A program made the position numbers and the translations under genes. 64,000 nucleotides of DNA from an uncultured Ellagibacter sp. (GTDB lineage: Bacteria; Actinomycetota; Coriobacteriia; Coriobacteriales; Eggerthellaceae): positions 4,755-68,754 of the forward strand of contig NZ_CAKUBT010000007.1 of the NCBI RefSeq assembly GCF_934643285.1, written 5' to 3'. The notes under the pieces were generated by a model. That model saw only the letters and a list, made by a program, of their open reading frames with translations. It ran no database searches and was not told the DNA's origin. Below, in pieces: positions 1-10,430 of this stretch (the stretch's first letter is position 1; every line of letters begins with the position of its first letter).

Positions 1-1091
1 CCTCCCAGGCACGTGGCCGCGCCGCCGAACGGCTCGATTTCGGTGGGATGGTTGTGCGTCTCGTTCTTGAAGAGGTAGAGCCAATCCTCGTCCTTGCCGT
101 CGACGTCGACCGTGCACTTCACCGTGCAGGCGTTGATCTCCTCGGACTCGTCGAGACCGGTCAGGATGCCTTGGGATTTCAGCCACTTCGCGCCGATGGT
201 GCCCATGTCCATAAGGCAGATGGGCTTCTCATCGCGACCGAGCTCATGGCGCAGCTCAAGGTAGCGCTCGTAGGTCTCGCGCACCTGCTCGTCGTCGATC
301 ACGACGTTGGTGAGCTCGGTGCCGAACGTGGTATGGCGGCAGTGATCCGACCAGTAGGTGTCGATCATCTTGATTTCGGTGATGGTCGGACAGCGCTTCT
401 CGCCCGCGAAATATTGCTGGCAAAACGCGATGTCCGCAAGGTCCATCGCCAAACCGCGCTCCTCGATGAACTGGGAAAGACCTGCCTCGTCCAAATCGAG
501 GAAACCCTCGATGACCTCGACGGGCTTGGGCGTCGGGTGGGCGATCTGGAGCGTTTCGCGCGCAACGAGGCACGCCTCGCGCGTCTCGACCGGGTTGATG
601 ACGTAGTGCTTCACCGCAGCGAGCGCATCGTCAGTGCACTCGCCCTCGATGACGTAGACCTGCGTGAAGGCGACGTCGGGACGCTCACCCTGGCTGATGA
701 ACTGGATGCACTGCGACGCGGAGTCGGCGCGCTGGTCGAACTGGCCGGGCAGCGCTTCGACGGCGAACACGTGCACATTGGCGGGAGCTGCGGCGATTCC
801 GGAGATGTCCGCCCCCTCCGCGGCGAGCTGCTTGGCGGTCTTGTCCGAGAACTCGACGCCCGCAACGGGAAACTTGCGCGAGGCGTCGTCGACCTGCGGC
901 TCGGAGAACACCGTGGGGATGCAGCGCTCGAAAAGCTCCTCGTCGATACCCTCGACGTCGTAGCAGTTGATCAGGCGCAGGCGAGCTGTCTTCGCAAGCC
1001 CCTCGGGGACGGCGGTGTGCAGCTCGGCGAGCAGCTGTTGCGCTTCGACATCGAAGCCAGGCTTCTTCTCCACGTATACACGCGAAACCAT
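1..1091 (-). CDS. purL: Phosphoribosylformylglycinamidine (FGAM) synthase, N-terminal ~363 aa; gene continues past the left edge
   Basis: Not in the ORF track because it runs off the window. My minus-strand translation from ATG 1091-1089 reads MVSRVYVEKKPGFDVEAQQLLAELHTAVPEGL... to ...LFKNETHNHPTEIEPFGGAATCLG, the hallmark FGAM synthase motif. purC and purB lie nearby. Confidence 0.85.
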   Translation of the reverse strand, partial: MVSRVYVEKKPGFDVEAQQLLAELHTAVPEGLAKTARLRLINCYDVEGIDEELFERCIPTVFSEPQVDDASRKFPVAGVEFSDKTAKQLAAEGADISGIAAAPANVHVFAVEALPGQFDQRADSASQCIQFISQGERPDVAFTQVYVIEGECTDDALAAVKHYVINPVETREACLVARETLQIAHPTPKPVEVIEGFLDLDEAGLSQFIEERGLAMDLADIAFCQQYFAGEKRCPTITEIKMIDTYWSDHCRHTTFGTELTNVVIDDEQVRETYERYLELRHELGRDEKPICLMDMGTIGAKWLKSQGILTGLDESEEINACTVKCTVDVDGKDEDWLYLFKNETHNHPTEIEPFGGAATCLG

Positions 1092-1118
1092 GATGATCCT
1101 TTCCAGGGTGGCAGGCGA

Positions 1119-1790
1119 TTACTTGTCGGCAGGCTTTGCAGCAGAAGCGGCATCGGCGGGTTTCGCAGCTTCGGCGGCGTCGACCTTCTTGCGGCCGAAC
1201 AGGCCGCGCTTAGGCTTGATCTGCTCCTCGGCAACCTCCGCAGCGGCCTCTTCCTTCTGCTTTTCCGCCTCGCGCTCGGCTGCGCGCTTCGCCTTCTCGG
1301 CGCGTCGGCTTTCCTTGGTGTTCTGGGATTCCATTTCCATCTGGTACTTGCGGCGACACTTGCGGATCTTCGAGAAGTCGAGGTAGAACGCAAGGATGAT
1401 GAGCACGTAGGACAAACCGAGCGTGACGTAGCTGATCCACGCAGGCTCCCACGAGCGGGCGAACCACGACAGCGCGACCATGATCACCGCGGCGATCAGG
1501 ACGACCCACCAAAGGCGGCGCAGGCGCTTGTATTCCGCCGTGGGCGGATTGTAGTACTTGCGGTCGAGCTCGTTTTGCTTGGCGCGCTCGGCCTTGCGGC
1601 GAGCCTTCTGCTCCGCTTTTCTCTCCTGAGGGGTCTTCGTCGAGGACTGGATATGCACCGAGGAGGCAGCTTTCGACTTCGGCTTCGCCGAGGCCGCACT
1701 CTTGCGCGTCGTACCCTTAGGTCCCTCGTCCTGGTAGCGGTCGTTCATGTAGTTACGTTGTGACATGCGATGGTTCTTTCTCGTGGACAC
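1119..1790 (-). CDS. Lys/Glu/Ala-rich membrane protein of unknown function
   Basis: 223-aa ORF. Two central hydrophobic helices (LWWVVLIAAVIMVALSWF, ISYVTLGLSYVLIILAFYL) are flanked by highly charged low-complexity arms. Sits between purL and purC on the same strand. Confidence 0.55.
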   Translation of the reverse strand: MSTRKNHRMSQRNYMNDRYQDEGPKGTTRKSAASAKPKSKAASSVHIQSSTKTPQERKAEQKARRKAERAKQNELDRKYYNPPTAEYKRLRRLWWVVLIAAVIMVALSWFARSWEPAWISYVTLGLSYVLIILAFYLDFSKIRKCRRKYQMEMESQNTKESRRAEKAKRAAEREAEKQKEEAAAEVAEEQIKPKRGLFGRKKVDAAEAAKPADAASAAKPADK

Positions 1791-1872
1791 TTATTTCAAA
1801 AGCGGGAAGGCCCCTTAAGGCAGCGCGCTCGGCCGGGAATGCCCGCCTGCCGGCGCGGACCGGGGAGGCTCC

Positions 1873-2754
1873 CTATGCGAACGGGAACTTCTCGCCCGTG
1901 ATCTTCTCGTAAGCCTCGATGTACTTCTCGCTCGTGCGCTTGATGACGTCCTCGGGAAGACGGGGCGGCTTGGTGCCGGACTCCTTGTCCCAATGGGCGG
2001 TGAGCCAATCGCGGACGTACTGCTTGTCGAAGCTCGACTGGCTTTTACCGGGCTCGTATTCGTCGCCTGGCCAGAAGCGCGAGGAGTCGGGGGTGAGGAC
2101 TTCGTCGGCCAAGATGAGGCGACCGTCGACGCGGCCGAACTCGAACTTGGTGTCGGCGATGATGATGCCGTGGTCGGCTGCGTGGTCGCGCGCGGCGGTG
2201 TACACCTTGATGGCCGCATCGCGCAGCTCGGCCGCCGCCTCGTCGCCGATGATCTCGGCGCAGCGCTCGAAGCTGATGTTCTCGTCATGGTCGCCGATTT
2301 CGGCCTTGGTGGAAGGCGTGAAGATGGGCGTCTCGAGCTTGGAGGAGTTCACAAGGCCGCCGGGCAGCTCGATGCCGCAGACCGTGCCCTGCGCCTGGTA
2401 CTCCTTAAGGCCGCTGCCCGCGAGGTACCCGCGCACGATGCACTCGATGGGATACATGTCGGCCTTCTTGACCAGCATGAACCGCCCTTCCAGCGCATCA
2501 GCATAGGGCTTGAAGCGCTCCGGCAGGTCGGCAACGTCGGCGGAGATGAGATGGTTCTCGATCACACCGTCGAGCAGTTTGAACCAGAAGCACGAAAGCT
2601 GCGTAAGCACCTGGCCCTTATGGGGAATCTCGTCCTCGAGAATGTAGTCGAACGCGGAGATGCGATCGGAAGCGACGACCAGAAGACGGTCGCCCAGATC
2701 GTAGAGGTCGCGAACTTTGCCTTGCGCATCGGGTTCGATGTCGATCACGCTCAT
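1873..2754 (-). CDS. purC: Phosphoribosylaminoimidazole-succinocarboxamide (SAICAR) synthase
   Basis: Start trimmed to ATG 2754 ([36 protein letters not shown]...), a typical PurC N-terminus and ATP-grasp-like core. Confidence 0.9.
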   Translation of the reverse strand: MSVIDIEPDAQGKVRDLYDLGDRLLVVASDRISAFDYILEDEIPHKGQVLTQLSCFWFKLLDGVIENHLISADVADLPERFKPYADALEGRFMLVKKADMYPIECIVRGYLAGSGLKEYQAQGTVCGIELPGGLVNSSKLETPIFTPSTKAEIGDHDENISFERCAEIIGDEAAAELRDAAIKVYTAARDHAADHGIIIADTKFEFGRVDGRLILADEVLTPDSSRFWPGDEYEPGKSQSSFDKQYVRDWLTAHWDKESGTKPPRLPEDVIKRTSEKYIEAYEKITGEKFPFA

Positions 2755-2859
2755 GATTTCAGGTCCTTTCAAAACCTCGTTGCGAATATGCGGCGTACGA
2801 GCAAGTGCCCCGTGCGCCGACAAGCGATAATGAGTCGCGACCCATTATCGCGCACTGCC

Positions 2860-4563
2860 TTACTTTTTGCGATTGGAAGCGGATTTTCCTTCGGCCGAGC
2901 GTTGCTGGCGGGCGCCCGAGAGCAACTGCTGGCGGTGCTGCTGCTTTTGCTGCTGGCGCTGCCTTTGCTGCTCGCGCTTGTCGTTGGTGCGCGTGCGCTG
3001 CTCGTCGTAGAGGGGGAAATGGAGCGTGAAGCAGGCGCCTTTGCCCTTCTCGCCCTCGACCTGCACCCAACCGCCGTGGCGATCGACGATCTCCTTCACG
3101 ACCGCAAGCCCGATACCTAAGCCGCCACTCGCGCGGTTACGCCCGGCGTCCGCCCTCCAGAAGCGCGAGAAGACCATCTTCGCCTCCTCGGGGGAAAGCC
3201 CGATGCCGGTATCGCGCACGGCGATCGAGGCCATGATGTCGCCCTTCGACACAGTGACCGACACATGCCCGCCTTCGGGGGTGTAGCGCACCGCGTTCGA
3301 GATGAGGTTGGCTGTGGCCTGGCGAATCATGTCGGGATCGCCCACGACGAGCACGCCTTTCTCGGCGCGGTACTCGAACGTGAGCCCCGAGTCGGCAACG
3401 AACGCCTCGTGCGTGGAGACGATGCTCTGGATGAGCTCGCCCACATCGACCACTTCCTCTTTCATGGGGGTGGCGCGGTTTTCCAGGCGGGAGAGCTTCA
3501 AGAGCGCATCAACCAGGCGACTTAAGCGCTGCACCTCGGAGTTCACGGTCTCGAGGCGCTCGGCATCGGCCTCGAACACGCCGTCGACCATCGCCTCGAC
3601 GGTGGACTGGATGGCCATAAGCGGCGTGCGCAACTCGTGGGCGACGTCGGTTGTGAGACGGCGCTCCAGCTCGCGGTCCTTCTCGACCGACTCCGCCATC
3701 TCGTCGAAGGTCTCGCCCAGACGGGCGATCTCGTCCTCGCCGTGAAGATCGGTGCGCGCTGAGAGGTCGCCTTCCTTGATGGCGCGGGCCGTCTTCGTCA
3801 TGCGGTTGATGGGGGCCACCAGATTGCGCGCGAACAAAAAGCCGATGCACGACGCGAGCACGATGGCCACGAGCGACGCGAAGAGCATAGCCTGGTAGGA
3901 ATTCTCGCGGAACTCCTGGTCGGGGCCGCGCATAAGCGTATCCGACCCGTAGACCCAGATGCGTACGGAGCCGACGACCTTGTCGTCGACCACGATCTTG
4001 GCGAGCGCGACCTTCGAGGCGTCCTTCGGCTCGAAGGAGCTCGTGGCGTTCGGGATGCCGTTGATGCGGTTCGAGGAATCGAAGACGGTGACGTCGTTCT
4101 CGTCGACGACCTTGATGGCGATGCCCGGCGTAACCTCGAGCGCGGCCTCGACGGGCATGAGTGCCGCAGAGCTCTTGATGGTGAGCGCGCTGTCGGCCTC
4201 CATGCGCTCCTCGATGCGGCTGGCGGTCGTCTCCGCGAGGGTCTCCATGTTGGACGCGGTGTAGGTTTGGAAATGCTGCTCCCACACAAACGAGATGACG
4301 CCGATGGCGACAAGACCGGTCATCGCGGCGATGAGCGCGAACGCCAAGGTGACGCGCGCGGTGTAGGAAAGGCTCGTCCAGCCGAACTTGCGGCGGCGCT
4401 CCTTTCGCGCGAGCTTTCCCTGATGGGGCTCGCCCGTTGAAGCCCGCTCCTCGGAAGAGTCGGGCATGACGCGAATGCGGGCAGCCCCGCCGCCCGCATT
4501 CGCAGAGGGGCTCGACGTCTCTTCGGACGCCGAGCCGTTATGTGCTCGGTTCGTTTCGCTCAC
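2860..4563 (-). CDS. Sensor histidine kinase (TM-extracellular loop-TM, HAMP, HisKA, HATPase_c)
   Basis: H-box HELRTPL; G-boxes RDTGIGL and GGLGIGLAVV; two TM helices. Starts 14 nt after the stop of the response regulator. Gln/Arg-rich C-terminal tail. Confidence 0.85.
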   Translation of the reverse strand: MSETNRAHNGSASEETSSPSANAGGGAARIRVMPDSSEERASTGEPHQGKLARKERRRKFGWTSLSYTARVTLAFALIAAMTGLVAIGVISFVWEQHFQTYTASNMETLAETTASRIEERMEADSALTIKSSAALMPVEAALEVTPGIAIKVVDENDVTVFDSSNRINGIPNATSSFEPKDASKVALAKIVVDDKVVGSVRIWVYGSDTLMRGPDQEFRENSYQAMLFASLVAIVLASCIGFLFARNLVAPINRMTKTARAIKEGDLSARTDLHGEDEIARLGETFDEMAESVEKDRELERRLTTDVAHELRTPLMAIQSTVEAMVDGVFEADAERLETVNSEVQRLSRLVDALLKLSRLENRATPMKEEVVDVGELIQSIVSTHEAFVADSGLTFEYRAEKGVLVVGDPDMIRQATANLISNAVRYTPEGGHVSVTVSKGDIMASIAVRDTGIGLSPEEAKMVFSRFWRADAGRNRASGGLGIGLAVVKEIVDRHGGWVQVEGEKGKGACFTLHFPLYDEQRTRTNDKREQQRQRQQQKQQHRQQLLSGARQQRSAEGKSASNRKK

Positions 4564-4577
4564 GGGTCACCCGCAGG

Positions 4578-5288
4578 CTATTTGCCGGATTTCGTGGGAT
4601 CCTCGAAGCGATACCCCACGCCGTGGACAGTGTGCAGCCACTTCGGGTTGCGCGGATTGTCGCCGATCTTCGCGCGCAGGTTCTTCACGTGCGAGTCGAT
4701 GGTGCGCTCGTAGCCCTCGAAGTCGTAACCGAGCACCTTTTCCACCAGCTCCATGCGAGAGTACACGCGGCCCGGATAACGGGAAAGCGTGGTGAGCAGC
4801 TTGAACTCGGAGGCCGTGAGGTCGACTTCCTCGCCCTTCACGAGAACCTTGTGACCGGAAACGTCGATCGTGAGGTCGCCGAACTCGAGCACTTCGCGCT
4901 GCGGCTCGGAGTCGGCGTGCACGCGGCGGAGCAGGGCGCGCACGCGCGCGACGAGCTCGCGGGGGCTGAAGGGCTTCACCAGGTAATCGTCGGCGCCCAG
5001 CTCAAGCCCGATGATGCGGTCTTCCACCTCGCCCTTCGCAGTGAGCATGATGATGGGCACATCGGAGTTGTCGCGGATGGCGCGGCAGACGCGCTCGCCG
5101 GGAACGCGTGGGAGCATAAGGTCGAGAACGACCAGGTCGAAATGATGCTTCTGGAATTCCTCAAGCGCCTCCTGGCCGTCGCCCACGGCGGTTACCCAGT
5201 AGTTTTCGCGCTCGAGATAAGCAGCGACCGCATCGCGGATCGCCTTTTCGTCTTCTACAAGAAGAATGCGTCGGGTTTCGTTGTTCAT
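4578..5288 (-). CDS. OmpR/PhoB-family response regulator
   Basis: REC domain (ILLVEDE...DLVVLDLMLP...MLTAK) plus winged-helix output (LTASEFKLL...VHGVGYRF). Confidence 0.9.
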   Translation of the reverse strand: MNNETRRILLVEDEKAIRDAVAAYLERENYWVTAVGDGQEALEEFQKHHFDLVVLDLMLPRVPGERVCRAIRDNSDVPIIMLTAKGEVEDRIIGLELGADDYLVKPFSPRELVARVRALLRRVHADSEPQREVLEFGDLTIDVSGHKVLVKGEEVDLTASEFKLLTTLSRYPGRVYSRMELVEKVLGYDFEGYERTIDSHVKNLRAKIGDNPRNPKWLHTVHGVGYRFEDPTKSGK

Positions 5289-5456
5289 TGACGTCTCCTA
5301 ACATGGGATTTTCCTGCGCGCATGGTTCATGCACGAGGCCGGCGGAGCGCGCAAGGCTTAAAGCCCACGGCGGACCGTCAGATTCGTCTTTGGGTTTATT
5401 GTAGCAATTGGGCGTATTCTCGCGCGAGGCGTAGGCGAAATGACACAATTACCACC

Positions 5457-6914
5457 ATGCCAACGAAAAGACCCACTCCAGGAAAAAACAGCGCGCACGC
5501 GCAAAGAAGCCCTCGCCAAAGCACGCGGCGGGGCACTTCTGCGAGCTATCGCCCGCGTGCGGCGCATGCAACGCACGCGCCGACGGTCCGCGTCGCCGAA
5601 GGGCGCTCAGAGCAGGGCATCAAGGTTCCCGCCCCAGGCGGTGGGCAGGTCCTCCTCACCCGACGGCACTTCCTTTACGGCGCGATCGGCATCGGAGCCC
5701 TTGCCGTTGTCGGCGGGGGCATCGGCGTGGGAGTAAACGCCGCCTCGAAGGCGAACGAGCCCACCTTCAACACGCTGACCGTCTCTAAGGACGCCGTCAC
5801 GTCGTGCTCCGCCGCGACGCCGGGCGACTTCACCGAAATCGAGGATTCAAGCACCGCGCTCGGGCTTTCAGGAACCTACGAGCTCCCCTACGGAACGCTC
5901 GTCTGGGCAAGCGACGATTCCCTCGCGGCGTGCCTCGTGCCCACCGACGGCTCGAAGCCACTTACGAAGGTGGTGTTGCTCTCCCTTTCGTCGGGCAACC
6001 AGACCACGGCGATTTCCCAGGCGAAAGGCCAAGAAGAAGGCTTCGAGATCTACGACGTGCGCGCGTGCGCGACCGGCATCGTGTGGACCGAGGCAAACAT
6101 CCTCGACGGCACCTGGCGCATCTACAGCGCAGCGCTTTCGAATGGGGAACTCGGGACGGCGGCGCTGGCTGAAGAAGGCAGCGCCGATTGGGAGACCCCG
6201 ACGCTCGCCGCATCGAGCGGATACGCCTTCTGGCAGGTTCTCCCTAAGAAGAACGGATCGGCGAGCAAGGAAGCGTCACGCCTGATGAGAGCACGTTTCG
6301 GCTCGAGCGACACCGAGGAGGCCTACACCTCGAAAGGCCGTATGTGCACACCGCCCTATGCGACGGGCGACTCCGTCGTCATCACCCCGCGCGCCGCGGC
6401 ATCCTCGTCTCGCTACCAGCTCACGCGCATCGACGCGCAATCCGCAAGCGTGGTCGACTCCCTCGTGCTTCCCTCTTCGATGAAGCCACTCGAGGCGGGT
6501 TACGGCGACACGGGGTTCATGTTCTCGTTCGAAGCAATCTACAATTTCGGCGAAGGCATCGCCAACCTGGGAACATACATTCCCGCAAGCACCGTGCAGC
6601 CCGACACCGACGCGCAGGGCAACGCCTCGTACAGCCTGGTTCCGTGGTTCCGTCATGGCGTGACCCCCACCGCCCCGCCCGCATGGTGCGGTGGGTGGAT
6701 CATCGCGAAGGACTCGTACAACGTGTGCGGGTTCAGCCCCGAGAGCAAGCAGTATTTCATGCTGGAGGTGAAGTCGGGCGCGCCGAGCTTCGGCGACTAC
6801 CTGGCGTCGACCGGCTCGGTCAAGCGAGTCGTCACGTACTCGAACATCGACAACACCACGCTTCAGGGCGAATCGCAGCAGTACTGCTGCGTGCGCGTCT
6901 GGGAACCGGCTTAG
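5457..6914 (+). CDS. Exported/membrane-anchored protein of unknown function (twin-arginine-like signal)
   Basis: Start moved to ATG 5457 (MPTKRP...). Basic N-region, then TRRHFLYGAIGIGALAVVGGGIGV. No motif recognised in the rest. Divergent from the two-component system. Confidence 0.6.
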   Translation: MPTKRPTPGKNSAHAQRSPRQSTRRGTSASYRPRAAHATHAPTVRVAEGRSEQGIKVPAPGGGQVLLTRRHFLYGAIGIGALAVVGGGIGVGVNAASKANEPTFNTLTVSKDAVTSCSAATPGDFTEIEDSSTALGLSGTYELPYGTLVWASDDSLAACLVPTDGSKPLTKVVLLSLSSGNQTTAISQAKGQEEGFEIYDVRACATGIVWTEANILDGTWRIYSAALSNGELGTAALAEEGSADWETPTLAASSGYAFWQVLPKKNGSASKEASRLMRARFGSSDTEEAYTSKGRMCTPPYATGDSVVITPRAAASSSRYQLTRIDAQSASVVDSLVLPSSMKPLEAGYGDTGFMFSFEAIYNFGEGIANLGTYIPASTVQPDTDAQGNASYSLVPWFRHGVTPTAPPAWCGGWIIAKDSYNVCGFSPESKQYFMLEVKSGAPSFGDYLASTGSVKRVVTYSNIDNTTLQGESQQYCCVRVWEPA

Positions 6915-7133
6915 CAGCCCTCCAGCCGCGCACGAGACCGGCATCCGCTGGGCGCTCAGACTACGAAGCCATCGCCCGCCTCCCAAGCCCTCACGCAAGG
7001 CGGGCATCGCAACCTTCACTTGGAGCCTGACTTCGCACGAGGCGACAATCCGCAAACCTACGACCCTGCAGCCCGACCTCGCGGAGCGGCAATCAACTCT
7101 ACCGAAGCAGCAGCGATGAAGTTCGGGTCCTTG

Positions 7134-7307
7134 CTGTACAAAAACGACGATAAGTTATGAAGAAACAGTGAAGATAAGCGTTTTCGAGCTTCACTTATCC
7201 CGAAAACGTCCCAATCTATACACTTTCAAAACGAGTTATTCCCCATTTTCTTTAATTATGGGGTGCGGTACATATTTACTTCATAACTTATCGTCGTTTT
7301 TGTACAG
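7134..7307. repeat. 174-bp AT-rich element bounded by perfect 29-bp terminal inverted repeats (MITE-like or long hairpin)
   Basis: 7134-7162 ctgtacaaaaacgacgataagttatgaag is the exact reverse complement of 7279-7307 cttcataacttatcgtcgtttttgtacag. The interior is clearly AT-rich against GC-rich flanks and has no ORF longer than about 7 codons. Confidence 0.6.
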
Positions 7308-7340
7308 GGGTGGCTCACCGAGGGCGTTAAAGACAAGATA

Positions 7341-7372
7341 AGGCCCTGAAACCCGAGCGGGCTTCAGGGCCT
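7341..7372. other. 10-bp stem hairpin in the 5457..6914 / purB convergent spacer
   Basis: aggccctgaa (7341-7350) pairs with ttcagggcct (7363-7372). No clear U-tract, so a terminator role is uncertain. Confidence 0.35.
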
Positions 7373-7555
7373 CGAAAAGCAGACGACGAAGAAAACCCGC
7401 CGCAAGGCGATCCCCGAGCCGAGACTCAAGCAGCCAGAATCCCAAACTCAAACGAGGGGCTTAGACCCGACCCTCGACTCAGGCTCCGAACCAAAACCCA
7501 GGCACCGAACCGGAACCCGAGCTCAAACCAAGCACGAGCCCTCAAGTCGAAGCAG

Positions 7556-8899
7556 TTAGAACTCCAGACCTTCGAGGCGCTTGAAGACCTCGTCTTTGCG
7601 CGTGAGGAAATCCCACGGATCGAAGATCTCGTCGAGCGTTTCCTTCGTAAGCTTCGCCTCGGGGTCGGCCTCCAGGCGCTCGCGATACGTCGGTCCCTCG
7701 ACGGCGTTCTGGATATCCTCCCACACCTTCATGGCGTTGCGCTGCACGATGACGTACGCCTCTTCGCGCGTGATGCCCGTCTGCACGAGCGCGAGCAGCA
7801 CCTTCGAGGAGAAGATGAGCCCGCGGGTGCGCCACAGGTTGTGCTCCATCTTGTCGGGGTAGGTCTGCAAGCCGTCCAAGATCCACTGCATCTTGCCGAA
7901 CATGTAATCGAGCGCCGTGAAGGAGTCGGCCAGCGCGACGCGCTCGGTGCCGGAGTGGGAAATATCACGCTCGTACCAAAGCGCCACGTTGTCAAGCGCC
8001 ACCTGGTCGTTCGCCTTCACCACGCGCGCGAGGCCGCAAACGCGCTCGGCGGTGATGGGGTTGCGCTTGTGGGGCATCGCCGACGAGCCCTTCTGGCCCT
8101 TCTTGAACGGCTCCTCCGCCTCGATCACGTCGGACTGCTGAAGCAGGCGCACCTGCATCGCGATCGACTCGAGCGTCGCCGCGGCGCATGCGAGCGCGCA
8201 CATGACCTGCGCGTGGCGGTCGCGCGCGAGCACCTGGGTCGAAAGCGGGTCAGGCGTAAGTCCCAGTTTCTCGCATACGTACTGCTCGACGAAGGGGTCG
8301 ATAGAAGAATACGTGCCCACCGCGCCCGAGATGGCGCCCGTCGCGGCAACTTCGCGTGCCTGCTCGAGACGCGTCTGAGCGCGCTTCAGAGCCCAAGCCC
8401 AGCTGCCGAACTTCATGCCGAAGGTCATCGGCTCGGCATGGATGCCGTGAGTGCGGCCCACGCACAGCGTGTTCTGGAACTCGAAGGCGCGGCGCTTGCA
8501 CGTCTCACCAAGCTGCTTCACGTCGGCCAAGATGATGTCGATCGCCTGGGTGATCTGGTAGGAAAGCGCCGTGTCTCCCAGGTCGCTGCTGGTCATGCCG
8601 TAGTGCACCCAGCGCGAGGGCTTCTCCTCGCCCTCCGGCACATCGGCATCGATGTACTCGGCCATGTTGGTGGTGAAGGCGATGACGTCGTGGTTGGTGA
8701 CCTTCTCGATCTCGTCGATGCGCTCGACGGTGAAGTCGGCATGGTCGCGAATCCACTTCGCCTCCTCTTTCGTAATGCCGGCTTTCCCCAGCTCAGCCTG
8801 CGCCTCGCACGCCAGGATCTCGATTTCCTTCCAAATGGAGAACTTGTTTTGAAGCTCCCAGATTGCGCCCATCTCAGGACGCGTGTAGCGGTTGATCAT
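7556..8899 (-). CDS. purB: Adenylosuccinate lyase
   Basis: 447 aa, MINRYTRPEMGAIWELQNKFSIWKEIEILACEAQ..., with the fumarate-lyase signature GSSAMPHKRNP. Confidence 0.95.
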   Translation of the reverse strand: MINRYTRPEMGAIWELQNKFSIWKEIEILACEAQAELGKAGITKEEAKWIRDHADFTVERIDEIEKVTNHDVIAFTTNMAEYIDADVPEGEEKPSRWVHYGMTSSDLGDTALSYQITQAIDIILADVKQLGETCKRRAFEFQNTLCVGRTHGIHAEPMTFGMKFGSWAWALKRAQTRLEQAREVAATGAISGAVGTYSSIDPFVEQYVCEKLGLTPDPLSTQVLARDRHAQVMCALACAAATLESIAMQVRLLQQSDVIEAEEPFKKGQKGSSAMPHKRNPITAERVCGLARVVKANDQVALDNVALWYERDISHSGTERVALADSFTALDYMFGKMQWILDGLQTYPDKMEHNLWRTRGLIFSSKVLLALVQTGITREEAYVIVQRNAMKVWEDIQNAVEGPTYRERLEADPEAKLTKETLDEIFDPWDFLTRKDEVFKRLEGLEF

Positions 8900-8976
8900 T
8901 GCGCTTGCTCGCCTTTCCCGTGTCGATCGTTCCCGTTTTGCTTGTCGCTAGCATACTATACGCCCGCGCGCGCCGG

Positions 8977-9648
8977 CTAAAGCCCCTTGAACAAAGCGCG
9001 TACGCGGTCGAGCGCTTCGGTGTCGGCGACGACGACCGCCTTGTCCCCGGGGTGCAGCACGGTGTCGTGGCGCACCACCTCGACGTCGTCGGCGGTGTCG
9101 ACGGCAACGATCAGACTGCCGTCGGGCATGGGGATGTCGCGCGCGAGCACGCCGTCGGCGTTCGAGTGGTAGCGCATGCGCGGCACCGTGACCTCGGAAA
9201 GCGCAACGTTGCCGTGCGTGAGCGAGGACACGACGCTCACCGAGCCCATAAGCGCTTCCTCTTCGATCATGTTCGCGATGAGCGTGGTGGAAGAGACGCT
9301 CTCGATGCCGACCTCGTGGAAGATGCGCATGTTCTTCGGGCTGTTCACGCGCGCGATGCATCGGGGCACGCTGAACACGCGCTGCGCGATCTCGCACGAC
9401 ACGAGGTTGCTGTCGTCCTGGCCGGTCGTGGCGACGAACACGTCGGCGTGGCGGATGCCTGCGTCCTCTTGGAATTTCGAGTCGCAGCCGTCGCCGTGGA
9501 TGATGAGGTAGCGGCCCGTGAGCTCCACCGACAGACGGTCGGCGGTGCGTCGGTTCTGCTCGATGACGGCGACTTCGTTGCCGCTCTTCAGAAGCACGTT
9601 CGCAAGATAGGCGCCGATCTTTCCGCCGCCGTTGATCACTACATACAT
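8977..9648 (-). CDS. trkA: Trk/Ktr potassium uptake regulatory subunit (TrkA-N + TrkA-C)
   Basis: Start trimmed to ATG 9648 (MYVVINGGGKIGAYLANVLL...), a Rossmann GxGxxG, followed by an RCK C-domain. Confidence 0.85.
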   Translation of the reverse strand: MYVVINGGGKIGAYLANVLLKSGNEVAVIEQNRRTADRLSVELTGRYLIIHGDGCDSKFQEDAGIRHADVFVATTGQDDSNLVSCEIAQRVFSVPRCIARVNSPKNMRIFHEVGIESVSSTTLIANMIEEEALMGSVSVVSSLTHGNVALSEVTVPRMRYHSNADGVLARDIPMPDGSLIVAVDTADDVEVVRHDTVLHPGDKAVVVADTEALDRVRALFKGL

Positions 9649-9715
9649 GAATGCCCTTTCGCGGAAGAGGCGCGGCGCCCGCAAGGCACGGCGTGCGATG
9701 CGGACAGACGAGCCC

Positions 9716-10378
9716 CTACTCCTGGATGTATTTGCTGAACAGGGGGATAAGCTCGTGGCGCACGCACGCGAGCACCGAATCCCCCTGGTAGAGAACGCTT
9801 TCCTTGTTGGGAATGGAACTCGCCGACCCATCACCGCGCTCGAAAGCGATGATGCGGATGTCGTGATCGCGCTCGAGCTCGCCCACGCGGATCGTGCGCT
9901 TCCCCTCGCGGGAGCTCAGATCGAGGGAGAATCGCAGCACCTCGAATTCCCCGAAGGTGTCGATATGCGCGCCGTGGCCCGACACCACCTTCGAGAACAC
10001 GTCCTCGGCGACGAGCGATGTGCCGCACACGTAGTCGATGCCAAGCTGCATGTAGGCGCGCTCGTGGTCGGGGTTGTACAGGCGCGCGATCACATGGGGA
10101 ACGCCGAACAGACGGCTTGCGACCTCCGCGACCATGAGGTTCGTGTTGTCGAGCTGCGTGACGGCCGCGACGACATCGCAGTCGTCCACACCCGCCTTCA
10201 CGAGGGTGTCCTCGTCGAAGCCGACGCCCTGCAGCGTGGAGCCGTTGAAGTTGCGGCCGAGGTTCGCGAATGCGTCGGCGCTCCTGTCGATCACGCAGAC
10301 GTTGCTCCCGTTGTCGGAAAGCATGTTGGCGAGCTGTGAGCCCACGCGCCCGCACCCTACCACAATGACATTGCTCAT
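9716..10378 (-). CDS. trkA: Trk/Ktr potassium uptake regulatory subunit, second paralog
   Basis: MSNVIVVGCGRVGSQLANMLSDNG... Rossmann fold plus RCK C-domain. Tandem with the previous gene. Confidence 0.85.
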   Translation of the reverse strand: MSNVIVVGCGRVGSQLANMLSDNGSNVCVIDRSADAFANLGRNFNGSTLQGVGFDEDTLVKAGVDDCDVVAAVTQLDNTNLMVAEVASRLFGVPHVIARLYNPDHERAYMQLGIDYVCGTSLVAEDVFSKVVSGHGAHIDTFGEFEVLRFSLDLSSREGKRTIRVGELERDHDIRIIAFERGDGSASSIPNKESVLYQGDSVLACVRHELIPLFSKYIQE

Positions 10379-10430
10379 AAATCGCCTTTCGCCGCGACGC
10401 CGTTTAGGTGCTTAGCATAGCGCATGCGGA

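Noticed and set aside
48-1763. 571-aa plus-strand ORF covering the left end of the window
   Set aside because: Arg/Leu/Val/Gly-rich nonsense composition typical of an antisense frame in GC-rich DNA. The minus strand here encodes recognisable PurL and a membrane protein.
7380-7555. Possible Pro/Glu/Thr-rich coding remnant or CCGA-type repeat region downstream of purB
   Set aside because: No start codon and no ORF of 60 aa or more. The repeats are too degenerate to define a unit. Treated as noncoding spacer.
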